Below, piece by piece: positions 9,903 to 19,444 of a stretch of 64,000 nucleotides of DNA. A program made the translations under genes and the position numbers. Numbering within the stretch: the stretch's first letter is position 1; each line of letters opens with the position of its first letter. Source of the DNA: a virus (lineage: Duplodnaviria > Caudoviricetes); the IMG/VR virus record IMGVR_UViG_3300042914_002678, one strand, 5' to 3'. Below the pieces are notes generated by a model. It saw nothing but the letters and a program-made list of their open reading frames with translations. It ran no database searches and had not been told where the DNA came from.

Positions 9903-9975
9903 GCCCGTGTACTCCAACGGTAGAGAGGGTGGACTTAGAATCCATACAGTGGAAGTTCAAATCTTCTCACGGGCA
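9903..9975 (+). tRNA. tRNA-Leu(UAG) with short variable loop
   Basis: GCCCGTG/CACGGGC acceptor stem, GTGGA-CTTAGAA-TCCAT anticodon arm, TTCAAAT T-loop, A73. Confidence 0.88.
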
Positions 9976-9991
9976 CTAAATAAAAATAAAA

Positions 9992-11233
9992 ATGGCAAGT
10001 TACGGAGTTGATAATTGGAATAGAAATTGGAAAGGTAGTGATCACCAATCTACTGTGAAAAAATCATCTTCTGCTTACTATAGAAAAAATAAAAATAATA
10101 CTTTTTCTAGAATTGGCAATTTAAATGAAGGAACTCAAATAACTTATATTGATTCTGAAACTAAATCTCATACTAGAGCGGCAATTAAGTTACCTAATAG
10201 AGACGACATTTATTATATTAATATTGATAATTTAATAAAACCTAAGAAAACTGATAGGTCTTATATTTCTTTAAATCCAGGTTCTTTTGGATTAGAAAGT
10301 CAAACTTATGCTTCTGCCACAACTTATTACAATTCAGTTATAAATTCGTTGAATTTGAGAAATGATATTGACGGAGAGTTGTTTGATTATCTACACCAAC
10401 TTTTAAACTATGTAAAAACAGGATCTCATGATTATGAAGGCATTAAGATGACTGGATTCCCTTGGGGACCGTTAATGAAAGATTTTGGAGAGGTACTCGG
10501 ACCTATAGCTTGTGTGAAAAGAGGAATATTAAATCAAATAGTACCAACAGTAGGACTTACTTCACCTAAAATTTATATTCCGTCTTCTGGACAATCAGTT
10601 TATGATTATAAACTCATAATTGGAACAACAGAACATTTAATATCCGCTAAATCGGGAAAAGGAGTTTCTAATCAAGTTAAACCGCAGTATGTAATTCCTG
10701 TAGTTCAAGATAATTTATCAAGTGCTTTATTAATGTCTGAATCTTATAAATTATTGAAAATATTATCAAATTATAGTATTAAGCAAGGTCCTTTTTATGG
10801 ATGGCAACTTCTACAAACTAGAGTTGAATTGACTAATGCTGCAATTTCAGATATGGAAACAAATTATGCTCCTAGAAATAAAAAAGGATCGAGTATAATA
10901 GTCGATTATGAATCTTGGAAACCATTTTTAAAAAGATATTTTTCTGGAAGAAAAAGAGTTACATATGGACAAGTTAGGTATAAATGTGAACAGTTAATTG
11001 AAAGTGAATCTAAAGTTGGTATGTTAAATCAAAATCTTAGAAAAATATTTAATGTGTATTTGAATGAATCGAGAATAATTTATGTTAAGACTACTATAAA
11101 TGCCAGAACAGGAATTCCAACTATTACCGCATCTTCTGGTGGAGGATCTTCTGCTGTAAGGAGACTTTATTTAAGATCATCAAATAGTTCTCCGACAAGA
11201 ACTGGTGATAAAATGGGATTTCAGATTAGTTAA
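9992..11233 (+). CDS. Hypothetical protein, possible PD-(D/E)xK-type nuclease
   Basis: DFGEVLGP...IP...YDY...ISAKSG spacing resembles restriction-endonuclease active sites; upstream CTAAATA late-like promoter. Confidence 0.5.
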   Translation: MASYGVDNWNRNWKGSDHQSTVKKSSSAYYRKNKNNTFSRIGNLNEGTQITYIDSETKSHTRAAIKLPNRDDIYYINIDNLIKPKKTDRSYISLNPGSFGLESQTYASATTYYNSVINSLNLRNDIDGELFDYLHQLLNYVKTGSHDYEGIKMTGFPWGPLMKDFGEVLGPIACVKRGILNQIVPTVGLTSPKIYIPSSGQSVYDYKLIIGTTEHLISAKSGKGVSNQVKPQYVIPVVQDNLSSALLMSESYKLLKILSNYSIKQGPFYGWQLLQTRVELTNAAISDMETNYAPRNKKGSSIIVDYESWKPFLKRYFSGRKRVTYGQVRYKCEQLIESESKVGMLNQNLRKIFNVYLNESRIIYVKTTINARTGIPTITASSGGGSSAVRRLYLRSSNSSPTRTGDKMGFQIS

Positions 11234-11235
11234 TT

Positions 11236-11466
11236 ATGAACTCTATTATTTTAGATATTATCAAAACATTTGAGAGTAAATCAAAAAATACAAACTCTAG
11301 ATATAAAGACTTTTTATTATATGTTAATGATACTTTTGAAGATAAAATTAATTCTTGTAGGATAGAAAAGTCAAAGAATAAATATAAAAAGATCAAATTA
11401 AATGTTCTGAGATACATAGCAGTAAACGAAAAGGAAATAATCTCTAAAATCTGTAAAAATAAGTAA
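11236..11466 (+). CDS. Hypothetical protein
   Basis: ORF coupled to the next gene (TAATG). Confidence 0.65.
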   Translation: MNSIILDIIKTFESKSKNTNSRYKDFLLYVNDTFEDKINSCRIEKSKNKYKKIKLNVLRYIAVNEKEIISKICKNK

Positions 11467-12770
11467 TGAAAAAATTTTTTCAATTTTTATCCGAAGCACA
11501 AGAATCTAAAGCGATTCAACAGGCTAAACGTATGGGTTTGGATACAGACCAACATGGTGGTTGGTATAAAAATGGAGAATTCGTAGCAAAAACGGTAAAT
11601 GGCGAATTAAAGTTTTATAACAAACGCCAGAAAGTAGGAGAGAAAGATTCTCCACAATCAGAAAAAGAAAAAAATCTTTCTTATTTTTCAACCGATTCGT
11701 CTAACTCTCAAGTTCAGCAACAATCTACTCAGGGATCCTCTCCAGAACAAACAACAGTTCCTCAAGAGACAACTCCAACAAATTATCTTCCTGTAGAAAA
11801 AACAAAAGGAACTCTAACCATTGCATACGGAAGATTTAATCCTCCTCATGCTGGTCATCTTCAATTAATGGATACTGCTGCTAGTTCGGCAGAATCTGAG
11901 GGTAGTGATTATGTAATTGTTCCTTCAAGAACTCAGGACAAAAATAAAGATCCATTGGATGTGGATACAAAAGTATCAATAATGAGAAAAATGTTTCCAC
12001 AGCATAGTGAGAGAATAGTAAATGATTCAAATACAAGTACTATTTTTGATGTTCTTAAAAAAGCACATAATGACGGATATGCAAATGTAAGAATTATTGG
12101 TGGACCTAATAGAGTAAAAGAATTTGAAAAATTGACTAATGGTTATAATGGTAATCTTTATCAATTTGATACTATAGAAGTAATGCCAATTGGTGAAAAG
12201 GACGCAGATTCTGATAAAGCTGAAGACTTTTCTGCTTCAAGAATGAGACTTGCTGCTGCAGAAAATGACTTTAAAACTTTTCGCTCTGGAATGCCTGCAG
12301 AAATGAGACCAAAAGAAATTCGTGATATTTTTAATACTGTTCGTCAATCAATGGGAATTCAAGACGAGGTTGTTGAAGTTTGGAAAATAGCACCAAAACT
12401 TGACTGGAAAAATCTTAGAGAAAATTATATTCATGAAAGAATATATCAAGTAGGTGAATTAGTTGAAAATTTAAATACGGGATTGGTTGGAAAAATTATT
12501 CGCAGAGGAACTAATTATCTTATTTGTGTAACTGAAGATAACATTATGTTTAAGTCTTGGATTAAAGATGTAAAGGAATCTTATCAAGAAAAATCTGTAA
12601 ATAGTAAAATGAGACTTCCTGGAAAACCAAATACATTAGTTGGTACAGTTGGATATTTAAAATACGTCGCACAACAAACACCTGGTTCAGAACTTGATAA
12701 AGAAAATTTAGCTTTTGGTCAAAAGAATTTTGGATTGAATTTCATAAATAAGTATAGGAAAAGTAAGTAA
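11466..12770 (+). CDS. Cytidylyltransferase-like (HIGH-motif) nucleotidyltransferase, probably virion-associated
   Basis: YGRFNPPHAGH and SASRMR motifs; N-terminus MKKFFQFLSE. Confidence 0.85.
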   Translation: MKKFFQFLSEAQESKAIQQAKRMGLDTDQHGGWYKNGEFVAKTVNGELKFYNKRQKVGEKDSPQSEKEKNLSYFSTDSSNSQVQQQSTQGSSPEQTTVPQETTPTNYLPVEKTKGTLTIAYGRFNPPHAGHLQLMDTAASSAESEGSDYVIVPSRTQDKNKDPLDVDTKVSIMRKMFPQHSERIVNDSNTSTIFDVLKKAHNDGYANVRIIGGPNRVKEFEKLTNGYNGNLYQFDTIEVMPIGEKDADSDKAEDFSASRMRLAAAENDFKTFRSGMPAEMRPKEIRDIFNTVRQSMGIQDEVVEVWKIAPKLDWKNLRENYIHERIYQVGELVENLNTGLVGKIIRRGTNYLICVTEDNIMFKSWIKDVKESYQEKSVNSKMRLPGKPNTLVGTVGYLKYVAQQTPGSELDKENLAFGQKNFGLNFINKYRKSK

Positions 12771-12786
12771 TTAAAAAAATCTCCCA

Positions 12787-14136
12787 ATGAATAAGAAATT
12801 TTTTGAGGAAAATGAAAGAGTTGCTCCTCATCGCGGTCATGCCGCTGGCGACAGTGATATTGAAAAGGCAGCATCACAACTTGTTTCTGATGTAAAATAT
12901 AAAGTTAAAAAGGAATTAGGTCCAAACACCAATTTAAATCCTGCTCAAGTTGCTCAAAAATATCAGCAAAAACTTAAGTCATCTCCTGCACCTTCTGCAG
13001 TTAAGGCAATTGCAATAAAAAAACTTATGCCTCAACCAACAGTATCTGCAGAACAGTTTGAAGTCAGCGATATTGTAAAGGAATCATTACTTGTGGCTCT
13101 CAATAAAGTTTTTGTTGAAGGTGTTACTAATGAAGAGGTTGACGTTGAGAATGAATATCTACAAGAACTTTACACTAAAGTAAATAAGGAAGGTGAAAGA
13201 CTGTATCATATTAGAGTAACTGATAAGAAAACTGGAAATACCTATACTCGCGATGCAACTCGTTCGAAAATTTCAGAACTTCGTGCAAATCCAAATATTT
13301 CTTCTGTTGAAATGACAGAATATGATAGGGATTCTGATGAAGAAAAGACAAAAGGTGAAAATACTGCAAAAGTTAAGTCTGGTAAAGGATTGAAGAATGA
13401 CGGAAATCTTGCCAATAATTATCCCCCATATAACAGAGTAACTCGTGGTGATGTTATTGCTGGAGCCACTGGTAATGATCAAATGGGTGGTAAAAAAAAA
13501 GTTCGTAAAGAAGCATTTGAATATCTCTTTGAAGTAGAGGGAAAAACTAAAAAAGATAGAATAATTGATATAAAAAAAGATAATAAAAGTTGTGTTACTG
13601 TTGGTCCAGAAGTAAGTGAAGAAACTGTTCTTGAAATGTCAGTAAGCGTTAATCAACAGCAAGCAGCTGGTGCAGCTCTTTCTGCAAAAAGAGGTAAAAC
13701 AGACCCTTCAAAATTAAAAGGCGCTGCCCGTGAAATGTATGATTCCATGACAGAAAAACAACTTCGTGATTTTGCATCAACATCACATGAAGGTCTTCCA
13801 GAAAAGGTTCAAAAAGAATCCGCAGAATGTGGATGTGATGATCAGAAAAAAGAAGATACAAGACCTTTGAAAACAAAAATTAATCTTGTAAAAAATGCTT
13901 TAAGGGCAAGAGGTCTTAACATGTCTTATGAACCGGAAGGTGAATTAGTTTATGAAGGTGATGAGGACACTAATAATAATAGAGCAAGAGAAGCAGGTGA
14001 TTGGAGATCAAGAAGTCAAAGGCCAGTAAGACGTAGACCTTCAGTGTCAGATGATCCAAGATATGGATCTATGTCTGATTCAGACTGGGCAAGATCATCA
14101 CACAATCCAGCAAACAAAAGACGTAGATACAGATAA
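12787..14136 (+). CDS. Large hydrophilic hypothetical protein, probable internal head protein
   Basis: Charged and low-complexity, with many (I/L/V)-x-E sites and an MSYEPEGE motif. Confidence 0.7.
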   Translation: MNKKFFEENERVAPHRGHAAGDSDIEKAASQLVSDVKYKVKKELGPNTNLNPAQVAQKYQQKLKSSPAPSAVKAIAIKKLMPQPTVSAEQFEVSDIVKESLLVALNKVFVEGVTNEEVDVENEYLQELYTKVNKEGERLYHIRVTDKKTGNTYTRDATRSKISELRANPNISSVEMTEYDRDSDEEKTKGENTAKVKSGKGLKNDGNLANNYPPYNRVTRGDVIAGATGNDQMGGKKKVRKEAFEYLFEVEGKTKKDRIIDIKKDNKSCVTVGPEVSEETVLEMSVSVNQQQAAGAALSAKRGKTDPSKLKGAAREMYDSMTEKQLRDFASTSHEGLPEKVQKESAECGCDDQKKEDTRPLKTKINLVKNALRARGLNMSYEPEGELVYEGDEDTNNNRAREAGDWRSRSQRPVRRRPSVSDDPRYGSMSDSDWARSSHNPANKRRRYR

Positions 14137-14169
14137 ATAGGACAGGATACTCTCTATACGGAGGTCATC

Positions 14170-14343
14170 ATGGGCGCAGTAGTAGCAGTGGTAAAACCAC
14201 TTCTTATTCAAATTGCAACACATCCGGCGGTTAAGAACTTAGTTCTTGAGTTGCTTGCCAAGTATGTTAAGTCAACGGACAATAGCATTGATGATGTTGT
14301 TTATGAATTGGTTAAGGATAACCTCTTTAAACCACAAACATGA
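14170..14343 (+). CDS. Small hypothetical protein (57 aa, not in ORF track)
   Basis: MGAVVAVVKPLLIQIATHPAVKNLVLELLAKYVKSTDNSIDDVV...; GGAGG SD. Confidence 0.7.
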   Translation: MGAVVAVVKPLLIQIATHPAVKNLVLELLAKYVKSTDNSIDDVVYELVKDNLFKPQT

Positions 14344-14504
14344 TTACTTGTTTTGTAACTAATTGGGGAGTAACCATTGTTCTCGGTCTATTACTAACTG
14401 CCTCTGAGTGGTTGGCAAAAACAAAAAGATTTGAAGAAAATGGATTACTAGATTTAACAACACATTTTTTAAGAGTTGTTTTACGCAAAGGAGACAAAAA
14501 GTAA
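14340..14504 (+). CDS. Small single-TM membrane protein (54 aa, not in ORF track), holin-like candidate
   Basis: MITCFVTNWGVTIVLGLLLTASEWLAKTKRFEENGLLD...; ATGA-coupled. Confidence 0.6.
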   Translation: MITCFVTNWGVTIVLGLLLTASEWLAKTKRFEENGLLDLTTHFLRVVLRKGDKK

Positions 14505-14518
14505 AGGTCTCCTTTTTT
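14489..14518 (+). terminator. Intrinsic terminator
   Basis: AGGAGAC/GTCTCCT stem plus T run. Confidence 0.7.
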
Positions 14519-14526
14519 TATAAATA
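14519..14526 (+). promoter_or_regulatory. T4-type late promoter
   Basis: TATAAATA about 30 nt upstream of the 14556 ORF. Confidence 0.75.
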
Positions 14527-14555
14527 TCAATATAAAGAAATTATAGGTAGAAAAC

Positions 14556-15116
14556 ATGTCTCTTTGGGGCAATAAAGATTCTTTAAGCACGGGTCTTACT
14601 GGAACTATAACAATCAATCTTGCTACGGAAACGGTAACCGGTAGTGGCACAACTTTTGTAACCGCTGGTATTTCTACCGGAGATATTCTTGTAATTGGTA
14701 TTGGAGCTACTTACGGTCAAGCAGTAATTAGTGGAATAACTTCTGCTACTATACTATCAATTGGTTCAACCCAATTCATCACCGGAATAGGAACCGTTGG
14801 TTTTGGAGCAACTGTTGGAGTTGCTTACACTATAACTCAAAAACCAAAATATACTTTAGAAGATGGTCAGTATTTTGCACCAGATGTAAAATCAAATAGA
14901 TTTTCTGCGGTATTTGGTGTAGATACCACCGAGCAAGCAGTTGCAAATGCAGCAGCAGGTAATGCACGTAAGTATGCACCTGCTCATGCTGGATGGGTTG
15001 GAGTTACAACTTATAATGATATGCACGGAAATCTGAGAGTTAAGACAGAAACTCTTGTTGCTGGAAGTATGATTACTGGTGACGCTGCTGACGACTCTAG
15101 ATATCCAGATAGTTGA
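14556..15116 (+). CDS. Probable virion structural protein
   Basis: MSLWG start, Thr/Gly-rich beta region, AHAGWVG...GNLRVKTETLVA C-terminus; late promoter upstream. Confidence 0.7.
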   Translation: MSLWGNKDSLSTGLTGTITINLATETVTGSGTTFVTAGISTGDILVIGIGATYGQAVISGITSATILSIGSTQFITGIGTVGFGATVGVAYTITQKPKYTLEDGQYFAPDVKSNRFSAVFGVDTTEQAVANAAAGNARKYAPAHAGWVGVTTYNDMHGNLRVKTETLVAGSMITGDAADDSRYPDS

Positions 15117-15122
15117 TAATAT

Positions 15123-15497
15123 ATGAGATTTGATGAATTGAATGAGAGCAATTATATGCTCTTTGCGATAAAATTCTATGATAATCCTCAGTCTGTTACT
15201 AGGGAAGATTTTGAAGACGACTTGAAAAGAATTAAGTATGTAAAAAGATTGATAAAAAGATATAAAAATACTGGCGTTCTAAAGTCCCATTTAATTCTTA
15301 ACCATTTAATTGTTTTATTTAATGTTTTTAATGAAGCTACTATTCCATTACTGTTTTATAATTTAGAAAAAGATTTGTGGTCAATCATAAAAAGTTTTTT
15401 AATATTTTTAAATAGGATTCCAGAATATCCTATTAGTCGAGATATTAATAATATTGAATATGATGAAAATTGTTTAAAACAACTACAAGAAATTTAA
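15123..15497 (+). CDS. Hypothetical protein typical of T4-like phages
   Basis: F..FAIKFYDNP...F.DDLKRIKYVKRL...LILNHLIVLFNVF pattern. Confidence 0.75.
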   Translation: MRFDELNESNYMLFAIKFYDNPQSVTREDFEDDLKRIKYVKRLIKRYKNTGVLKSHLILNHLIVLFNVFNEATIPLLFYNLEKDLWSIIKSFLIFLNRIPEYPISRDINNIEYDENCLKQLQEI

Positions 15498-15694
15498 TGG
15501 ATATTGATAAAGTAATTTCTATTATTAAAATTTTAAAAGAAGAAGGTGGAATGACCTTGGGTTCTGGACAAATTGCTGGAACACAAGAAGCAGGGGATGA
15601 CCCCCCAGTTGATTTGAGAAGAGGAAGAAGAAGAAATTGGAATCCTTTCTTTAAAGATCTTGCTAAAATGCAAAGAAGAAAACCACGACAATAA
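15497..15694 (+). CDS. Hypothetical protein
   Basis: TAATG-coupled start at 15497. Confidence 0.65.
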   Translation: MDIDKVISIIKILKEEGGMTLGSGQIAGTQEAGDDPPVDLRRGRRRNWNPFFKDLAKMQRRKPRQ

Positions 15695-15698
15695 AACA

Positions 15699-16118
15699 AT
15701 GTTCCCATCATCCACCGAAACAAAAATAGCACTACTTGAAGAGCGTATCAATGTTTATGAGCAGATGATGGAACGCATTGATACTGCAATTCAGAAGATA
15801 GGAGAGACAAGTCAAAATATTAGTCAAATGCTTGCCATTCATAATGAAAAGATTGAGCAGTGTAATCGAACAGACAATATTATTGTAAAGATGATTGAAG
15901 ATATCAAAGTATCATCAAAAGAGCAGCATGATCAAATAAGTGAAAAATTAAGTGAAAGAATAGAAAAGGTAGAAGAAAAAGTAGAAAGTATTTCAAAATT
16001 CAGATGGCAAGTACTGGGTGGTTTAGCAGTACTTGCCATTTTTATTAAATTTGCTCCACCTGCACTTAATCTCTTGACACCTCGTATTTCACCTGCTACA
16101 GTAGAAAGACTGAAATAA
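15699..16118 (+). CDS. Coiled-coil protein with C-terminal membrane anchor
   Basis: Heptad-rich region followed by WQVLGGLAVLAIFIKF; start adjusted to ATG 15699. Confidence 0.7.
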   Translation: MFPSSTETKIALLEERINVYEQMMERIDTAIQKIGETSQNISQMLAIHNEKIEQCNRTDNIIVKMIEDIKVSSKEQHDQISEKLSERIEKVEEKVESISKFRWQVLGGLAVLAIFIKFAPPALNLLTPRISPATVERLK

Positions 16119-16130
16119 GCACCCTTCATA

Positions 16131-17102
16131 ATGGATTTTGTTGATTCTAAGTACATTGGATTAGTATCTTCGCGTCTACAAAAATTTAAAAGGGTCAAAT
16201 CGGATCTCTACAATTTTCGTTGTCCTATTTGTGGCGATTCTCAAAAAAACAAAAATAAGACAAGAGGTTATATTTACACCGTAAAAAATAATACCAATTT
16301 CAAGTGTCATAACTGTGGTGCCAGTTTATCATTCAATAACTTTCTCAAAGAAATAGATCTGAATCTTCATAAACAATATACTTTGGAGAAGTTTAAAGAA
16401 GGACATACTGGCAAAAATTTTGTGGTTGAAGAACCGAAGTTTGAGTTTACAAAACCATCTTTTAAAAAAAAGTTAGATCTTCCCAAAGCATCTGAGAATC
16501 CTATTTCTAAACAATATCTAGAAAATAGAAAACTTAATCCTGAAAAGTTTTATTTTGCTCACAAATTTAAAGAGTGGACAAATACTCAAAAGATTACATT
16601 CAGTACTGTTGGTAGAGATGAGAGTCGCATTATTATACCAATGTATGATACTGAAAATAACTTGATTGGTTTTCAGGGAAGAGCACTCGGTCCTAACCCT
16701 GTTAAATATATTACCGTGATGCTTTCTGATGATGCACCAAAAATTTATGGTCTTGATCAAGTGGATTCTTCGAAACCCATTTACATCGTTGAAGGACCCT
16801 TCGACTCCACGTTTGTACAAAATGCTGTTGCTATGTGTGGGTCCGACGTTGATATTGGGTCGTTTGGTTGGGGCGATTATATTTACGTTTTTGATAACGA
16901 ACCACGTAATCGAGAAATCGTCATCAGAATCGAAAAAACCATCAATAGAGGTGAAAAGGTAATTATTTGGCCAACAACCATCGAGCAAAAAGATATTAAT
17001 GATATGGTGCTCGCTGGACTTAATGTTATGAATGTGTTAAAATCAAATACATACACAGGTTTAGAAGCAAAAATTAAGTTTAACAACTGGAAAAAAATAT
17101 GA
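16131..17102 (+). CDS. gp61: DNA primase
   Basis: CPICGDS...CHNC zinc finger; TOPRIM VEGPFD; KDINDM. Confidence 0.97.
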   Translation: MDFVDSKYIGLVSSRLQKFKRVKSDLYNFRCPICGDSQKNKNKTRGYIYTVKNNTNFKCHNCGASLSFNNFLKEIDLNLHKQYTLEKFKEGHTGKNFVVEEPKFEFTKPSFKKKLDLPKASENPISKQYLENRKLNPEKFYFAHKFKEWTNTQKITFSTVGRDESRIIIPMYDTENNLIGFQGRALGPNPVKYITVMLSDDAPKIYGLDQVDSSKPIYIVEGPFDSTFVQNAVAMCGSDVDIGSFGWGDYIYVFDNEPRNREIVIRIEKTINRGEKVIIWPTTIEQKDINDMVLAGLNVMNVLKSNTYTGLEAKIKFNNWKKI

Positions 17103-19399
17103 GCAACGGAACGAAAGTCGTCAAAAGGAACGGTAAAACTGAACCTCTTGATTTAAATAAACTTCATATCATGGTAGAAGAGGCGTGTAAGGACCTCGCA
17201 AATGTTTCTGCATCACAGGTTGAGATGCAGTCTGGTATTCAATTTTATGACGGCATTACAACCGCAGAGATTCAAGAGATTCTGATTCGTTCTGCTTCTG
17301 ACCTGATTGATCTGGAGCATCCCAATTATCAGTTCGTTGCCGCCCGTCTTTTGTTGTTTGCCCTTCGCAAGCAACTGTTTGGTGGAATGTATGAATGCCC
17401 TACCGTAAAGAAGCACGTAGAGCGTTGTGTGGGTAGGGGTGTATATGACTCAGAAATTATCTCATTGTATTCTGATGAAGAGTTTGATAAACTTCAATCG
17501 TTTATTGATCATAGTCGTGACTATCTGTTCACTTATGCAGGGTTACGTCAAGTCGTTGATAAGTACCTAGTGCAAGACAGAAGCACTGGAGTACTTTACG
17601 AAACTCCACAGTTTATGTACCTTTTGATTGCAGCGACTATCTTCTCCAAATATCCAAAGGAAACACGTTTAGACTACGTTAAAAAGTACTATGACGCAAT
17701 CTCAAGACACCGAATCAACATTCCAACCCCCATCATGGCGGGAGTGCGAACACCACTTAGACAATATGCTAGTTGTGTTCTTGTTGACGTTGATGACACC
17801 CTCGATAGTATCTTTACTAGCGATATGGCTATTGGCAGATATGTTGCACAAAGGGCGGGTATCGGTATCAACGCAGGTAGAATCCGTGGCATCAACGCTA
17901 AAATCAGAGGCGGAGAAGTACAGCATACGGGCGTTGTCCCTTTCCTCAAGAAGTTTGAAGCAACTGTCCGATGCTGCACTCAGAATGGCATCAGAGGTGG
18001 ATCAGCAACTGTCCACTTTCCAATCTGGCACCAAGAGATAGAAGATATCCTAGTATTAAAAAATAACAAAGGAACCGAAGATAACCGTGTTCGTAAGTTA
18101 GACTACAGTATTCAAATCTCCAAACTATTCTATGAACGATTCATTCAAAACGGAGAAGTCTCTCTCTTCTCTCCACACGACGTTCCTGGTCTGTATGATG
18201 CTTTTGGGACTGATAGATTTGACGATTTGTATGTTGATGCAGAACGAAATGAGTCTATTCCTAGAAAAACTATCGGAGCTCAAGAACTCTTTCTGGACCT
18301 CCTGAAAGAACGTGCGGAAACTGGTCGTATTTACATTATGAATATTGACCACTGTAATTCCCACTCTTCCTTCTTGGATAAGGTTGAGATGAGTAATCTT
18401 TGTCAAGAAATTACTCTGCCAACCAAACCACTTCAACATATTGATGATACTGATGGGGAAATTGCTCTCTGTATTCTTAGTGCTATTAACGTTGGAAAAA
18501 TTAGGGATCACGAAGATCTTGAAGTTCTTTGCGATCTTGCTGTTAGGAGTCTTGATGAACTCATTGATTTTCAAGGATATCCCGTCAAAGCAGCAGAAAT
18601 CGCCACGAGGGCACGTCGTTCACTTGGGGTAGGTTTTATTGGTCTGGCACACTATCTCGCCAAGCACGGGGAGCATTATGATGATCCTGGTGCATGGAAA
18701 CTGGTTCATGATCTGACTGAGGCATTTCAATATTATCTGATTCAAGCAACTGTTGATCTTGCCAAAGAAAAGGGTGCATGTGAATATTCACATAGAACCA
18801 AATACGGTAATGGCATTCTCCCTATAGATACTTACAAGAGAGATGTGGACGAAATTGTACCTAACGAACTTAAGTATGATTGGGAATCGCTTCGTGAGCG
18901 GGTCAAGCAGTACGGAGTACGGAACAGCACGTTGTCCGCACAGATGCCTTCGGAGAGCAGTTCCGTTGTGTCAAATGCAACCAACGGAATCGAACCACCT
19001 CGCGGATACTTGTCCATTAAGAAGTCGAAGAAGGGTCCACTCAAGCAGATTGTTCCACAGTATCAAACGCTTAAGAACAATTATACGCTTCTGTGGGATA
19101 TGCCTAGCAATCGTGGGTATATTCATATTGTTGCTGTTATGCAAAAATTCTTCGATCAAGCGATTTCTGGAAACTGGTCCTATAATCCAGAAAATTACCC
19201 AGATAATGAAGTTCCTGTTAGTGTAATGGCACACGATATGCTTGAAACTTATCGTCTGGGACACAAAACAGCATATTATCAAAATACTTATGACCATAAA
19301 ACTGATGAAGTAGTTGAAGAACCAAAACAAGAACTACAATCTCTTCTTGATGATATTATGAGTTCTGACGAAGAAAGTTGTGAAAGTTGTACAATCTAA
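17099..19399 (+). CDS. nrdA: Ribonucleotide reductase class Ia alpha subunit
   Basis: ATP-cone VVKRNG, SCV, SNLCQEI, MPSESSS motifs; no intron or intein seen. Confidence 0.99.
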   Translation: MSNGTKVVKRNGKTEPLDLNKLHIMVEEACKDLANVSASQVEMQSGIQFYDGITTAEIQEILIRSASDLIDLEHPNYQFVAARLLLFALRKQLFGGMYECPTVKKHVERCVGRGVYDSEIISLYSDEEFDKLQSFIDHSRDYLFTYAGLRQVVDKYLVQDRSTGVLYETPQFMYLLIAATIFSKYPKETRLDYVKKYYDAISRHRINIPTPIMAGVRTPLRQYASCVLVDVDDTLDSIFTSDMAIGRYVAQRAGIGINAGRIRGINAKIRGGEVQHTGVVPFLKKFEATVRCCTQNGIRGGSATVHFPIWHQEIEDILVLKNNKGTEDNRVRKLDYSIQISKLFYERFIQNGEVSLFSPHDVPGLYDAFGTDRFDDLYVDAERNESIPRKTIGAQELFLDLLKERAETGRIYIMNIDHCNSHSSFLDKVEMSNLCQEITLPTKPLQHIDDTDGEIALCILSAINVGKIRDHEDLEVLCDLAVRSLDELIDFQGYPVKAAEIATRARRSLGVGFIGLAHYLAKHGEHYDDPGAWKLVHDLTEAFQYYLIQATVDLAKEKGACEYSHRTKYGNGILPIDTYKRDVDEIVPNELKYDWESLRERVKQYGVRNSTLSAQMPSESSSVVSNATNGIEPPRGYLSIKKSKKGPLKQIVPQYQTLKNNYTLLWDMPSNRGYIHIVAVMQKFFDQAISGNWSYNPENYPDNEVPVSVMAHDMLETYRLGHKTAYYQNTYDHKTDEVVEEPKQELQSLLDDIMSSDEESCESCTI

Positions 19400-19444
19400 G
19401 TTTATTAAATATAACAGTGTTGGTTAGTTTAGAAGAGAAAAATT

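Noticed and set aside
17213-19330. Multiple alternative-frame ORFs inside nrdA; possible intron or intein
   Set aside because: nrdA is continuous at normal length (766 aa); the alternative ORFs are shadows.
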